From IMG/VR virus record IMGVR_UViG_3300042197_000370: a stretch of 64,000 bases of DNA; one strand, written 5' to 3'. The DNA is from a virus. The translations under genes were made by a program, and so were the position numbers. The notes beneath the pieces are model-generated. The model worked only from the letters and a program-made list of their open reading frames with translations. It was not told the origin of the DNA and did not search any database. Positions 27,370-36,695 of this stretch are shown here, piece by piece; within the stretch, counting starts at the first letter, position 1, and each line of letters starts with the position of its first letter.

Positions 27370-28074
27370 TTAATTCACCATGTAATTTAATTGTGTTTCT
27401 ACCCTTTTAATTAAATCAGGATATTTTTCATTAAAGTTACTATTTTTAGACCATTCTTTATGAAACTTTTCCAGTCCATGTACTTCTGCGTTATACCATA
27501 ACATATGTACTTTTTTAGCAGATTCGTACACGTTTGTAAAATTAAATAATGATACTATACTGTTATATAGTACGGGGTCTAATTCTTTAGATATCAGTGA
27601 AGTACAATCTAATATCTTTTTGTTAGTAGATTCATTAATACTTTTTAAACCCTGATTATGTGAAGTTACATTCTCATAAAACAGGTTTTTAGAGCCTTGT
27701 GTAATCTCAGGCCATGCATGTATCATTCTATTAAACAATAGGTCAGTATTATCTATTCGTACAAATAAAGTCAAATCTTCGGGTTGATCGTTTTTGAAAT
27801 TGTGACCTATAACTAATTTGTTACTAGAATTATAATCAGTAGGTGTTCTTAAAAACGCATTAGGATCAGATAATGATTTCCATGGCCAATCATGTCTAGT
27901 TTCTACTTGTGAGAAATTTTTCCAATCTCTTGACTTATTGTATACTTGAGTTGCAATCGTCCACAGTTTTTCTTTTAAAGTTAGGTGTTGAAAACTATCA
28001 TCTAAGAATAGCATCCACCTAATTAAATTTCCGCATCCTCCATATGGATATATTATTCTGTTCGAAAAACTCAT
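27370..28074 (-). CDS. Hypothetical protein, GG..N..RW family (paralogue of 57614-59763)
   Basis: YPYGGCGNLIRWMLFL...AKKVHMLWY. Confidence 0.65.
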   Translation of the reverse strand: MSFSNRIIYPYGGCGNLIRWMLFLDDSFQHLTLKEKLWTIATQVYNKSRDWKNFSQVETRHDWPWKSLSDPNAFLRTPTDYNSSNKLVIGHNFKNDQPEDLTLFVRIDNTDLLFNRMIHAWPEITQGSKNLFYENVTSHNQGLKSINESTNKKILDCTSLISKELDPVLYNSIVSLFNFTNVYESAKKVHMLWYNAEVHGLEKFHKEWSKNSNFNEKYPDLIKRVETQLNYMVN

Positions 28075-28319
28075 GTAGATATAGAATCGAATGGATCAGA
28101 GGGCCCTTCTGTTGGGGTAGAAATACCAAATAGGTGCCCATAGTTGTTTTGAAAGTCTATAGCATTGAATACAAGTTTTCTAGGTATTCCAGGTCCTTGC
28201 TGAATATGCACAGTTATTAGTGTATCCATAGGATCTTCACTACGATATTTTACCTGTATTACTTCAATGCTGTCACCATCTTCAAACGTGAATTTTTTAC
28301 CTACTATGTCATTAAGCAT
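28071..28319 (-). CDS. Hypothetical protein
   Basis: Track ORF trimmed to ATG 28319. Confidence 0.65.
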   Translation of the reverse strand: MLNDIVGKKFTFEDGDSIEVIQVKYRSEDPMDTLITVHIQQGPGIPRKLVFNAIDFQNNYGHLFGISTPTEGPSDPFDSIST

Positions 28320-28836
28320 TATCATCGTCCTCAAACATGGCATCAATTTCAGCCATGCGTTTCTGCTGTGCTTCTTCCTCTACCTTACCATGCTCGGTCA
28401 ATTCAGTATCGCTCTCGCACATAGGACAAACTTTCTTTGGCTTATCGTATGAGTTTCCTTCACTATCTTCCCACTGATAGTCAGCATCATAACTTTGACC
28501 TGTCCACTTACACTTTGTACATTTGTGTGTAGGTTCAGGTGGTGTATTATCTACCCAACTAGATTCATCGCCCAGTTCGTATGTAATTTCGTAACCACCT
28601 TTGCGGTCAGTCCACCAATCATCGTACTGACGTTCCCATTCAAGTTCAACGTCATTATTATATGCCTCTTCAACTACCTCGTCAACGGACACTTCGCCAT
28701 TTTCGATCTGTGTCAATAGATTAGCAATCTCATCTTCATCCATATCTGGATAAATTTCTGACAATAAATCTACGTCTAATTCAAGTGCAAACTGACTATC
28801 TACGCTATGCCATTCATGTTTTACAAGTGTTACCAT
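28312..28836 (-). CDS. Acidic hypothetical protein with Zn ribbon (CTKC...CPMC)
   Basis: Start ATG 28836. Confidence 0.75.
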   Translation of the reverse strand: MVTLVKHEWHSVDSQFALELDVDLLSEIYPDMDEDEIANLLTQIENGEVSVDEVVEEAYNNDVELEWERQYDDWWTDRKGGYEITYELGDESSWVDNTPPEPTHKCTKCKWTGQSYDADYQWEDSEGNSYDKPKKVCPMCESDTELTEHGKVEEEAQQKRMAEIDAMFEDDDNA

Positions 28837-28837
28837 T

Positions 28838-29032
28838 TTATTTTTCCTTTGGTTTATACCATTCATTATCAACACGTGACAATGCATCTCCTAAGTCTCT
28901 AGGATATACCACAGCATTATCATCTAATACATCATGGTTAATAGTTAATTCTTTTACTTCACTAAAAAATCTTTGCAGTTTTTGAAAGAGTAATGCATCC
29001 TCATTACTAATGACTGTAAAGTTGCCACTCAT
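28838..29032 (-). CDS. Hypothetical protein
   Basis: ORF track; coupled overlaps. Confidence 0.65.
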   Translation of the reverse strand: MSGNFTVISNEDALLFQKLQRFFSEVKELTINHDVLDDNAVVYPRDLGDALSRVDNEWYKPKEK

Positions 29033-29499
29033 TTTATCATACCCTCTTTAATAAATTTAATAAACTCAACGGTCTTATCATGCGGATAAATGTTTCTACC
29101 TAAATTGGCAAATCTACATGTTATCACAATATTGTCGGGAGTATAATCACCTGATTCAATGATTTTATCAACAGAAGGAGCACCTGGATGTTTAGGATAC
29201 CATTCAGGATGATCCTTGTATAGTAAACCAAAGTCAATTGGAATCTTAAACCAATAACAAACTTTACCTTGCTTTTCCCATTGTGCTTCTAAATCTGCCG
29301 CAGTAATAAGGACTTTAGCCGGCTTCCATTCTTTAGAATATTTGCCGGCTGTGCCTCCAACTGAAGAACCAGTTTTTTCCATTCTTCTACGATTAGTAGA
29401 AGAATTAATTGTCCAACTACCATCTGGCTTTTGATAGATGCCATTCATTTTGCACATACCCAAAAGGGCATCAAATGGATTTCTTTTACGTTTTGTCAC
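29029..29499 (-). CDS. His-Me-finger (HNH/endo VII-like) endonuclease
   Basis: CYWF...PSVDKI...Y..DNIVITC..AN pattern. Confidence 0.65.
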   Translation of the reverse strand: MTKRKRNPFDALLGMCKMNGIYQKPDGSWTINSSTNRRRMEKTGSSVGGTAGKYSKEWKPAKVLITAADLEAQWEKQGKVCYWFKIPIDFGLLYKDHPEWYPKHPGAPSVDKIIESGDYTPDNIVITCRFANLGRNIYPHDKTVEFIKFIKEGMIK

Positions 29500-30848
29500 T
29501 TATCATCTCTGAATCTTACAAAGCGAGGGAAACGCAAACTATAAGTACCATCTTGGTTCTGTGTGATTACGTCACAAAGAATCTCGGCAGTACGACCAAC
29601 AACACTATTGCTATTAGCCCAGTAATCATCACGATCACCATCGCTAAATCCGCTACCTACATTAACACGGATTTCTTTGCCGTCATCAACACCCTCACAT
29701 ACAAGAGCGCCAAGTCGTCCAGCATTACGACCTGTACCTTCTTCAAGTGCAATCACAGTCAAGTCAACTGTAATAGTAGGCTTCCACTTCATCCAAAATG
29801 TATTACGCTTACATTCATAAGGCGCATCAACATCCTTAATCATAATGCCCTCGAACCCTGCATTAACTTGATCCTTAGCATAACGCATTAGTTGGTCACG
29901 CCCCTCAGCATAATCAAGGTCAACCATAAGATGAGGCAGTAGTTCAACATTAGGCATGTTCTCAATTACACTACGCATTGATTCAAGTGCATCAATACGT
30001 TTACTCAATTGAGCATTCCAATGTCCTCGACGGAAATCATGTAATGGAATAATATCAAAGATATTAAACACACTATCAGTAGCCTGAACATTTTCCTTAC
30101 GGCGAGCCTGTCGCATAAGTTCTTGGAATGTATTACCAATCACTTCACCATCAAGCACAAAACCATTGCTAAGTTGTTTAGCAATTTTAGTTTTGCGAAC
30201 CATCTTAAGCCAGTTATCACGAACCTGCTCTTCAATGTGAGTAAAGTTTTCAAACAGTTTTCCGTTACGGCTAAGGCTCATAACTGTGACTTCACCGCTA
30301 TCAGCGGGGATAACAGTCATCAATACACGCACACCATCTAGTTTAGGCTCAAGGCGTTTAATACCCTTCATCTCAGGGCGGTTCTCGCTATTGGTTGCAA
30401 GTTGACAACCAAAGATAGGAATCTCGTAATCAGTTTTCTTACAGATTTTATTGATAGTCTTATCACTAATGCCTGCCCGCATATCACGGCGCAGTACAGG
30501 AGCCAAGAATGTATTCCACTCAACACTATCAAAACGTAGTGAGATTTCATCGATAGCCTCACGTGCGGCATTACCGGTCAAACCACGTTGCGCTAATTCT
30601 TTGAGCAGTTCGTCAAATTCATCCCAAGGATTTTCACTTTCAACTTCCATGCCATCATCAAATTCACGATTAGGAACTTGCTTGACACCAAAAGTTACAT
30701 AAGGATTATAACACACCTTGAGTAGTGTGAGGAAACGATGGGCGTTACTGCTACCTAGTGTAGCAGCCTCAAGTGCCTGTCGAATAACATCTTCTTTATG
30801 AAGGCGACTATCACTCTCGTTAAGTTTAGCAATCCAACTTGCAGACAT
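29496..30848 (-). CDS. lig: ATP-dependent DNA ligase
   Basis: EPKLDGVR (motif I), LDGEV, FDIIP, EGIMIK, WMKWKP, OB domain LRFPRF. Confidence 0.96.
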   Translation of the reverse strand: MSASWIAKLNESDSRLHKEDVIRQALEAATLGSSNAHRFLTLLKVCYNPYVTFGVKQVPNREFDDGMEVESENPWDEFDELLKELAQRGLTGNAAREAIDEISLRFDSVEWNTFLAPVLRRDMRAGISDKTINKICKKTDYEIPIFGCQLATNSENRPEMKGIKRLEPKLDGVRVLMTVIPADSGEVTVMSLSRNGKLFENFTHIEEQVRDNWLKMVRKTKIAKQLSNGFVLDGEVIGNTFQELMRQARRKENVQATDSVFNIFDIIPLHDFRRGHWNAQLSKRIDALESMRSVIENMPNVELLPHLMVDLDYAEGRDQLMRYAKDQVNAGFEGIMIKDVDAPYECKRNTFWMKWKPTITVDLTVIALEEGTGRNAGRLGALVCEGVDDGKEIRVNVGSGFSDGDRDDYWANSNSVVGRTAEILCDVITQNQDGTYSLRFPRFVRFRDDK

Positions 30849-30855
30849 AATTACC

Positions 30856-31362
30856 TCATTTAAAGGGCCAAGAACTTTTTGGATCTAGTTTGGGCCGGGG
30901 TTTCAATTCAATATTTTCTTCTATGACATTATTATAATCGTCCTCGTCAATAATGTCAACCTTGAAAGGACCCAAAATTTCAATATAATCGTCCTCTATA
31001 TCCCAATCACTAAAGTCATATAGCCATGCCGCACCACATCTACCGTCGGGATCTTCTGGGTCACCATTACACCATTTATCTTCGATATCGGCCTTTTCTT
31101 CATCAGTAAAGATATCATCAAATTCAAAATCAATGCTAATGCCGTCATCTAGTTCAGCACCCCAACCCAATTGTGAATTACAAATTATGCAGGTATCTTC
31201 TGCATGAATCGGTTCATCAATTTCACGGAAGCCCTGACCCCAACGATATAATTCACGCACTACAAATCCACGTGCGTTCCCTGCTTCATCTATTTTGTAA
31301 ACATCGTAGACAGCATAGATGGATTTCTTGTCTACAGGTTTGATACGAAAAAGTTTTGCCAT
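30856..31362 (-). CDS. Acidic hypothetical protein
   Basis: Start ATG 31362. Confidence 0.75.
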   Translation of the reverse strand: MAKLFRIKPVDKKSIYAVYDVYKIDEAGNARGFVVRELYRWGQGFREIDEPIHAEDTCIICNSQLGWGAELDDGISIDFEFDDIFTDEEKADIEDKWCNGDPEDPDGRCGAAWLYDFSDWDIEDDYIEILGPFKVDIIDEDDYNNVIEENIELKPRPKLDPKSSWPFK

Positions 31363-31364
31363 AG

Positions 31365-31751
31365 TTACCAACTTGAATTGTAGAATACTTTGCGACCTAT
31401 AAACAATTCTGCTTTTGCATTCACGCAAAATTCTAGGTCATGCTCACGATAGTATTCATCGCTAGGATTACCAAAAAAGAATCCTGTAGTGCCTAGTTCG
31501 GACACTTGACCTGACTTGATATCCTTCTCTAGTTTATCAACATCATCCCAAGTTAGTTCAACTTCGACACCGTTGAACGTATGATCAAAGTTGTTACTGC
31601 CTATTGGCAAACCGGGATATCCCTTCTCAATCCACAGTCGTTCCATCCAACCTTGTAGGTTAGGATGCTTACGCCAATAACTAATCTCTTGATGATTATT
31701 CCAATCTTCGCCTGCTTTTGCGGCGATATATGCGTATTGATCAAGTCCCAT
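31365..31751 (-). CDS. Conserved phage protein (MGLDQY...YWRKH family)
   Basis: Motif recognition. Confidence 0.8.
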   Translation of the reverse strand: MGLDQYAYIAAKAGEDWNNHQEISYWRKHPNLQGWMERLWIEKGYPGLPIGSNNFDHTFNGVEVELTWDDVDKLEKDIKSGQVSELGTTGFFFGNPSDEYYREHDLEFCVNAKAELFIGRKVFYNSSW

Positions 31752-31752
31752 T

Positions 31753-31881
31753 TTATTTTGCCTGTTCTGTTGCTACTTCTTTAACCTTGTCTACACCTCG
31801 ATCCAACATCCTAGCGACACCGCTGAAGCCGATTGTGGCAATCACAATACCAAACAATGTACCTAGTAGAAAATTCCTCAT
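31753..31881 (-). CDS. Small membrane protein (42 aa)
   Basis: Hand translation MRNFLLGTLFGIVIATIGFSGVARMLDRGVDKVKEVATEQAK; fills the gap with ATGA coupling. Confidence 0.7.
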   Translation of the reverse strand: MRNFLLGTLFGIVIATIGFSGVARMLDRGVDKVKEVATEQAK

Positions 31882-32084
31882 GATTGTTTGATCCTTTCTA
31901 TAATCTCACATGCAATATCAGTATCCATATGTGTGTCAAAGTGAGCAGCCATCATAATATGGAATACAACATGAGCATCCTTTCCATAAATGCTGATGAT
32001 CTTTTTGACCTCAACAGTATCCTTTGCTTCCCAAAGCAGGTCAGCAATATGATGTTGAAGTGCGTTTTGAAGTTGTAGTTCCAT
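31878..32084 (-). CDS. Hypothetical protein
   Basis: ORF track. Confidence 0.7.
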   Translation of the reverse strand: MELQLQNALQHHIADLLWEAKDTVEVKKIISIYGKDAHVVFHIMMAAHFDTHMDTDIACEIIERIKQS

Positions 32085-32272
32085 TATACTTCCAATCTTT
32101 CAAATGTGATATGTTTACCATTGACTGTATTGTAATGCAACTCAGCCTGCACTTGCAACCTCAGAGGTGTATCCATCAATACATAATGGACAACTACATT
32201 ACCGTTTACCTTATACTTTTCTTTAATGGCATGAGCGATGGCTAGATGCTGGCTGCGATTTGGTTGATACAT
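32084..32272 (-). CDS. Hypothetical protein (62 aa)
   Basis: 3' part of track ORF 32084-32416; ATG directly after the upstream stop. Confidence 0.55.
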   Translation of the reverse strand: MYQPNRSQHLAIAHAIKEKYKVNGNVVVHYVLMDTPLRLQVQAELHYNTVNGKHITFERLEV

Positions 32273-32273
32273 A

Positions 32274-32516
32274 TTAGTAGTCCGCAATAATGTTGCCATC
32301 GTTATCAATATGAACAAACACCTTACAGAAAGTAAGGCCCTGTCCTTCGAGGTCTGGATCCTGATAACCAATTTGATAACAAAATTGTCCTGCATTTGTA
32401 ATGCCAACAAATTCACTTTTGATTACAGTATCCTTAGGATAATTTTTACGCAAAAGTTCCTCAAGTGTAATAGAATTCAGAAAGGAACATTTGCGAATGG
32501 TATCTACACTAATCAT
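32274..32516 (-). CDS. Hypothetical protein
   Basis: ORF track; TAATG coupling. Confidence 0.65.
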   Translation of the reverse strand: MISVDTIRKCSFLNSITLEELLRKNYPKDTVIKSEFVGITNAGQFCYQIGYQDPDLEGQGLTFCKVFVHIDNDGNIIADY

Positions 32517-33151
32517 TAGATTACCTTCACACGATTGAGTTGGGTGATGTTCTCGCCATGACGCTTAACAGTACCTTCGGCAATGATCAACTTGCCAGCA
32601 TCGATACCGTTGCGATAACTAAAAAACACAGCTTGGTCGTCAGTGGTCACACCGCTGACAAAGTAAACGCCATACTGTTGGCTGTAGTTGCTACGCACAA
32701 CCTCAACATTAACCTTGACCTTCTGACCCACACGACCAACAAGTCCACCGCTGGCAGTTTCAAGTTTACGATTGATTGTGTCACGTTTGACGGCACGTTC
32801 ATAGCATGAAGGGAGACTTGCGATCACCGCAACATCGTAGGTACTTTCAATAACATCACGATTGGCAATCACCATTGCGGTGTTGTCAAAGTCATTCAAC
32901 TTCTTGCCCTGCAGGATCTTAAATGTCAGACCCTTGTAGTAAGTGCGAACCAACTCACCTTGCTCACGGTCAGCCTCGGTAATGAGGTCAGTGTTGGCAA
33001 TGAAGTTATCCATAATCTCACGATTAGTCTCGGTGTTCTTACCTTCCTCAACAATCTTAAGATAAGCACCATTGATACGCTGAGCCGCACATGCCGCGGC
33101 CCATACATCGGTTGCTTGAAAATTGATTACGGGGCGTTGATAGCGAGCCAT
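32516..33151 (-). CDS. Phage protein with C-terminal OB-fold-like domain
   Basis: GRVGQKVKVNVEV...GTVKRH...TQLNRVK. Confidence 0.75.
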   Translation of the reverse strand: MARYQRPVINFQATDVWAAACAAQRINGAYLKIVEEGKNTETNREIMDNFIANTDLITEADREQGELVRTYYKGLTFKILQGKKLNDFDNTAMVIANRDVIESTYDVAVIASLPSCYERAVKRDTINRKLETASGGLVGRVGQKVKVNVEVVRSNYSQQYGVYFVSGVTTDDQAVFFSYRNGIDAGKLIIAEGTVKRHGENITQLNRVKVI

Positions 33152-33182
33152 TTGTTTCTCCGTTGTTTCAGACTATACCGAT

Positions 33183-33214
33183 ATTATATGACAATTTGGA
33201 TTTATTGTCAAGCC
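33183..33214 (-). promoter_or_regulatory. Early promoter cassette, diverged copy (GGCTTGACA-ATAAATCCAAATTGTCA-TATAAT)
   Basis: TTGACA(33211-33206)-17-TATAAT(33188-33183). Confidence 0.85.
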
Positions 33215-33468
33215 ACAAACCGATCATAACTACGGATCGGACTATACTTGTTAGTATGCTTTTCCTTGTACTGTACGGTCTCACCCTTGAGTGCCAGTGC
33301 CGTAACCAACGTAGACAGGTCGCAATCTTCCTCAAGGTAAACTGTCTGACCCTTTTGGTAACTGTAAGGTGTAATCTTATCAGCAATGCCAAGTTGGTCG
33401 AGAACCTTGCGCTTAACCGCACCCCAGCCATGTCCGGGGTCGGCGTAGAATTTAATTACAAAAGCCAT
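33208..33468 (-). CDS. Conserved phage protein (DPGHGW...YLEEDCD)
   Basis: Motif recognition. Confidence 0.8.
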   Translation of the reverse strand: MAFVIKFYADPGHGWGAVKRKVLDQLGIADKITPYSYQKGQTVYLEEDCDLSTLVTALALKGETVQYKEKHTNKYSPIRSYDRFVA

Positions 33469-33740
33469 TATCGGGCCTCCATCACGAATTCAAACAAAAT
33501 CCACTTAGCACGATTCAGTGCCTGGCGTGCATCCTCTGCACGATTGAAATCGACCTCACCATATTCGGTGTTGATCATTTCCTGTGCATCACTCATCAGG
33601 CTAGCAGCCATCATAGCAGGACCACTGAAGCGAAAAGTAAGGCTTTGTTCAACTGCCTCACGCATTTGAGCCTCGGTGCATCCGTACATACGGACTTCAC
33701 GCTTTTGTTGCTCGGTCATTTGTGCATATAGTGTAGTCAT
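33468..33740 (-). CDS. Hypothetical protein
   Basis: GGAG SD; ATG 33740. Confidence 0.75.
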   Translation of the reverse strand: MTTLYAQMTEQQKREVRMYGCTEAQMREAVEQSLTFRFSGPAMMAASLMSDAQEMINTEYGEVDFNRAEDARQALNRAKWILFEFVMEAR

Positions 33741-33770
33741 ATTTGCTCCGTTAATCAACTTTCAATACAT

Positions 33771-33842
33771 GTATTATACGCCCAAATCCATTTATTGTCA
33801 AGCCTTTAATCCACTGTTTTTAGCAGAAAAAAGGCTTGACAA
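33771..33842 (-). promoter_or_regulatory. Early promoter cassette copy whose -35 lies in a 13-bp inverted repeat (33795-33807 / 33830-33842)
   Basis: TTGACA(33801-33796)-17-TATAAT(33778-33773); arms TTGTCAAGCCTTT / AAAGGCTTGACAA. Confidence 0.9.
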
Positions 33843-33851
33843 ATCAACAAC

Positions 33852-34163
33852 TTACGCTACCTGCCAGGCTTCTTCTTCCTCAGTGACAACGGATTCGGAG
33901 CCGTCATACTCACTTACACGGAAGCGCATGCCCTTCGGTACCCAAGCCAATCGTAACTGGTGCGCACCGCCCAAATACACGCCCTCACCGTAGTTAGAAA
34001 CTACGTAGGCCTCGATTTGGTCATGCTGGTCAGTCTCAACCAATTGCACGATCACCGGGTCAAATAGCAACTTCGGATGCTCTGGGTTCCAAGTAAACCA
34101 ACCGGCACCAAAGTTCGGGGAATACAATACGGCTACAAAGCCGTCACGTTCTACTTTATCCAT
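33852..34163 (-). CDS. Conserved phage protein (VAVLYSP.FGAGW...YDGSE)
   Basis: Motif recognition. Confidence 0.8.
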   Translation of the reverse strand: MDKVERDGFVAVLYSPNFGAGWFTWNPEHPKLLFDPVIVQLVETDQHDQIEAYVVSNYGEGVYLGGAHQLRLAWVPKGMRFRVSEYDGSESVVTEEEEAWQVA

Positions 34164-34171
34164 AAATCACC

Positions 34172-34441
34172 TCAAACTAAATCAACTTGTACATCAACAA
34201 AGACCTGTTCACCTTTGCCGTTGTAGACTTTCATGCGAGTGCCAAAACCTGTAGGGCGCTGACCTTCGGGAAGATGCTGATCACATCCAAGCGAAACCAA
34301 AGCACTAGTCACCGCAACTCGCTGGTCATGAAACGCCATATCAAACGCACCCTTGACAGTGGTATAGAAACCAACACCATTGCAAATCACACGAATTTTA
34401 CGGCTATTGTCAAGACCAGTGATATAACGCTTAGTACGCAT
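34172..34441 (-). CDS. Hypothetical protein
   Basis: AGGAG SD; ATG 34441. Confidence 0.75.
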   Translation of the reverse strand: MRTKRYITGLDNSRKIRVICNGVGFYTTVKGAFDMAFHDQRVAVTSALVSLGCDQHLPEGQRPTGFGTRMKVYNGKGEQVFVDVQVDLV

Positions 34442-34473
34442 TTCCGACTCCTGTTTATCAGTTTCAATACTAC

Positions 34474-34516
34474 GTATTATACACCCAAATCCATTTATTG
34501 TCAAGCCTTACTTGAC
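34474..34516 (-). promoter_or_regulatory. Early promoter cassette copy with abutting inverted repeat GTCAAG-5-CTTGAC
   Basis: TTGACA(34504-34499)-17-TATAAT(34481-34476). Confidence 0.9.
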
Positions 34517-34747
34517 TAGACGGAACTTGGGTTTACGGTGTAGCGGAATTACAACACATGGGGCTCGGTCGATTTCCTGACTTAGTTTAGTCAGGTCCTT
34601 ACCTAGACCCTGTAGTAATTCTACAACATATGCCTTACGATGGTCACTCTGTTTGAGGAACCAACTGCGCAAGCCCTCAGGACCACTATCAATAAGAGTA
34701 GTCATAAGAAACTTGGTGTTGTGTGCGTCACGTTCTATAGTATCCAT
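34508..34747 (-). CDS. Hypothetical protein
   Basis: ATG 34747 downstream of TTGACA-17-TAATAT (34755-34783). Confidence 0.65.
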   Translation of the reverse strand: MDTIERDAHNTKFLMTTLIDSGPEGLRSWFLKQSDHRKAYVVELLQGLGKDLTKLSQEIDRAPCVVIPLHRKPKFRLVK

Positions 34748-34779
34748 AGTGTATATATTACAGTAGTTTGGATTAAATG

Positions 34780-36186
34780 TCAAGGCCTTTTAAACCATTG
34801 TTTTACAACGGATTCTGCTGGCTTACCACGTATGCTTTGACTGAGATTGGGGAAGCCCTCACTATCCTCTTTCATGCCATATTGTGTTTGTACGAACCCT
34901 GTGCTGGGCTTTAGAGTGTCAGTATGCCAATATGAACTATGAAAGTTCACCCCATCAACTTTAAAGAATGATTGTGATTTAATTGCTTTAAGCATTCCAT
35001 CAATGCCAATGGCTTGCACACTAAAGTCTGTGGTATAGGTAGTTTGTATACAATCAACCTTCTTGTTATCGGATGTTACACCCGAAATGCAGAACCCATC
35101 TTCAATCCATCCTTCTTTAAAATACTTGTCTCTGCTTTGTACTGCAATTTCAAAAATAACAGGAACTTCTCTACCTGATCTAGTGTTAGTACAATAATTT
35201 TGCGAGGGCCAAATACAATTGAAGTCTTGATATAGCCTATACATTTCTTTTGATACCGCATTACTAACAGTGTCAGAATTAAAATTAATCATTTCATGAT
35301 CGGACAATCTAGGCATTACTGAAATGTGCAGTGCATCAATTTTATCAATGATGCGATTGTCATGCCATGCCATAGTGCCTTGACCCCACGTTATCTTTCC
35401 TGAGAATACTTTGCGCATGTCATCAATGATACTTACAATTTCTTGTACATACATTTCTTGCATGACAGGATCGTGTAAGTTGCCAATATTCATTGCGTTC
35501 CAATCTGCTGATATACCAGACACTCCAATAGAGTCTCCAAACTTAGCAATGTTTACGATGTTCTTGTGATGTGATTCTAGTATAGTAGCCCATAGTTTCT
35601 TATCAACTATTTGGCCTAATTGAAGCAGGAAATTATTTTTATCGTCAATGATATTAAATTGCCATGCCAAATATACTTTGATATTTCTTTTTTTGGCCTC
35701 GGTAACAACGTACTCTATAAGTTTATATGAGTAAGTAAGATTTTCGGGTTTCTGTACCCAATAAGAAAGATTGGGGTCAACTGACCACCCATGTCCACCT
35801 ATATACAACCAAACGTTATCAACTCCTAATGATTGTAAACGGTCAAGAGAATCCCTATAAAGAATCTTAGTATATTCTTCACCGGTGCATGCATTACTAG
35901 TAGCAAATACTGCCCAATGATTTGCTGGTGTTGGTATGTAGTCCTTAAATCCTACACTACGTTGTACACTACTAGGTAGGGTATTAGTAACAATAGGTAC
36001 TGAATATGGACCTTTGTAAGAATCAGGATATGTGTTATCTTTATGTGGGTTGACACAAGTAGGTGGTTGTGCTATTGCAGTTGGTGTAACTGATGCTACA
36101 TTAACAGTTGGGGTCGGACTGCTACCACCGCCACCTCCGCAGCCTGCAATAACTGCTGCCAGTAGGGCAATTGAAAACTTTTTCAT
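34780..36186 (-). CDS. Lipoprotein with probable TIM-barrel glycoside-hydrolase-like domain
   Basis: Lipobox IAGC, Gly/Ser/Pro linker, alternating beta/alpha pattern reminiscent of clan GH-A (GH113-like); promoter TTGCAA-17-TAAGAT (36218-36246). Confidence 0.55.
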   Translation of the reverse strand: MKKFSIALLAAVIAGCGGGGGSSPTPTVNVASVTPTAIAQPPTCVNPHKDNTYPDSYKGPYSVPIVTNTLPSSVQRSVGFKDYIPTPANHWAVFATSNACTGEEYTKILYRDSLDRLQSLGVDNVWLYIGGHGWSVDPNLSYWVQKPENLTYSYKLIEYVVTEAKKRNIKVYLAWQFNIIDDKNNFLLQLGQIVDKKLWATILESHHKNIVNIAKFGDSIGVSGISADWNAMNIGNLHDPVMQEMYVQEIVSIIDDMRKVFSGKITWGQGTMAWHDNRIIDKIDALHISVMPRLSDHEMINFNSDTVSNAVSKEMYRLYQDFNCIWPSQNYCTNTRSGREVPVIFEIAVQSRDKYFKEGWIEDGFCISGVTSDNKKVDCIQTTYTTDFSVQAIGIDGMLKAIKSQSFFKVDGVNFHSSYWHTDTLKPSTGFVQTQYGMKEDSEGFPNLSQSIRGKPAESVVKQWFKRP

Positions 36187-36250
36187 AACTGTCTGTCTAT
36201 GTTACCAAAGATAGACTATCTTAACACATATAGTTTTAAATTGCAAAATA

Positions 36251-36278
36251 AAAATGCCCGAAACTAGTCCGGGCATTT
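36251..36278 (-). terminator. Intrinsic terminator (ATGCCCG stem, TTTTTATTTT tail on -)
   Basis: AAAATGCCCG-aaactagtc-CGGGCATTT. Confidence 0.85.
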
Positions 36279-36298
36279 ATTAGACGTAAGTTATTGAT

Positions 36299-36571
36299 TT
36301 ACTTGTTTTTATTAACACCGTTAACAAAAGCATACATCTTTTCAGCAGTTTCCAAAACTTTATCAAGTCCTGGAAACTCTGGCATTCCAACAGTATTAAC
36401 CAGTTGGCCAGTCTTTTCATCACGTTTGGCACTAAGTTCCCAACCCTGCCACTTGTAAGTGTATTCGGCTTGAACCATGTCTTTTGCCATGTGTAAGATA
36501 TCAGTACGAATCTCGTAGCCGTTCTTGTTAAATTTTACTTCAGGTACGTTTGGTAATTTTGCTTCATTCAT
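36299..36571 (-). CDS. Conserved T4-like small protein (NKNGYEIRTDIL...AEKMYAFV)
   Basis: AAGGAG SD; ATG 36571. Confidence 0.8.
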   Translation of the reverse strand: MNEAKLPNVPEVKFNKNGYEIRTDILHMAKDMVQAEYTYKWQGWELSAKRDEKTGQLVNTVGMPEFPGLDKVLETAEKMYAFVNGVNKNK

Positions 36572-36590
36572 TTGTGTGTCTCCTTGTGTG

Positions 36591-36695
36591 TTAATACAAC
36601 TTGGTTTTGTTTTCTTTGTCAACAGGTTTGTTGAACTTTTCGGGATAATTTAACCTTTCCCATTCTTCATCAGATACAGGCCACCAGTTATTCAT
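36591..36695 (-). CDS. Very small protein (34 aa)
   Basis: Hand translation MNNWWPVSDEEWERLNYPEKFNKPVDKENKTKLY. Confidence 0.5.
   Translation of the reverse strand: MNNWWPVSDEEWERLNYPEKFNKPVDKENKTKLY

Noticed and set aside
33836-33864. Plus-strand TTGACA as a divergent promoter
   Set aside because: There is no -10 at 16-18 nt (ACCTGC) and no plus-strand gene. It is better explained as the arm of the 13-bp inverted repeat.
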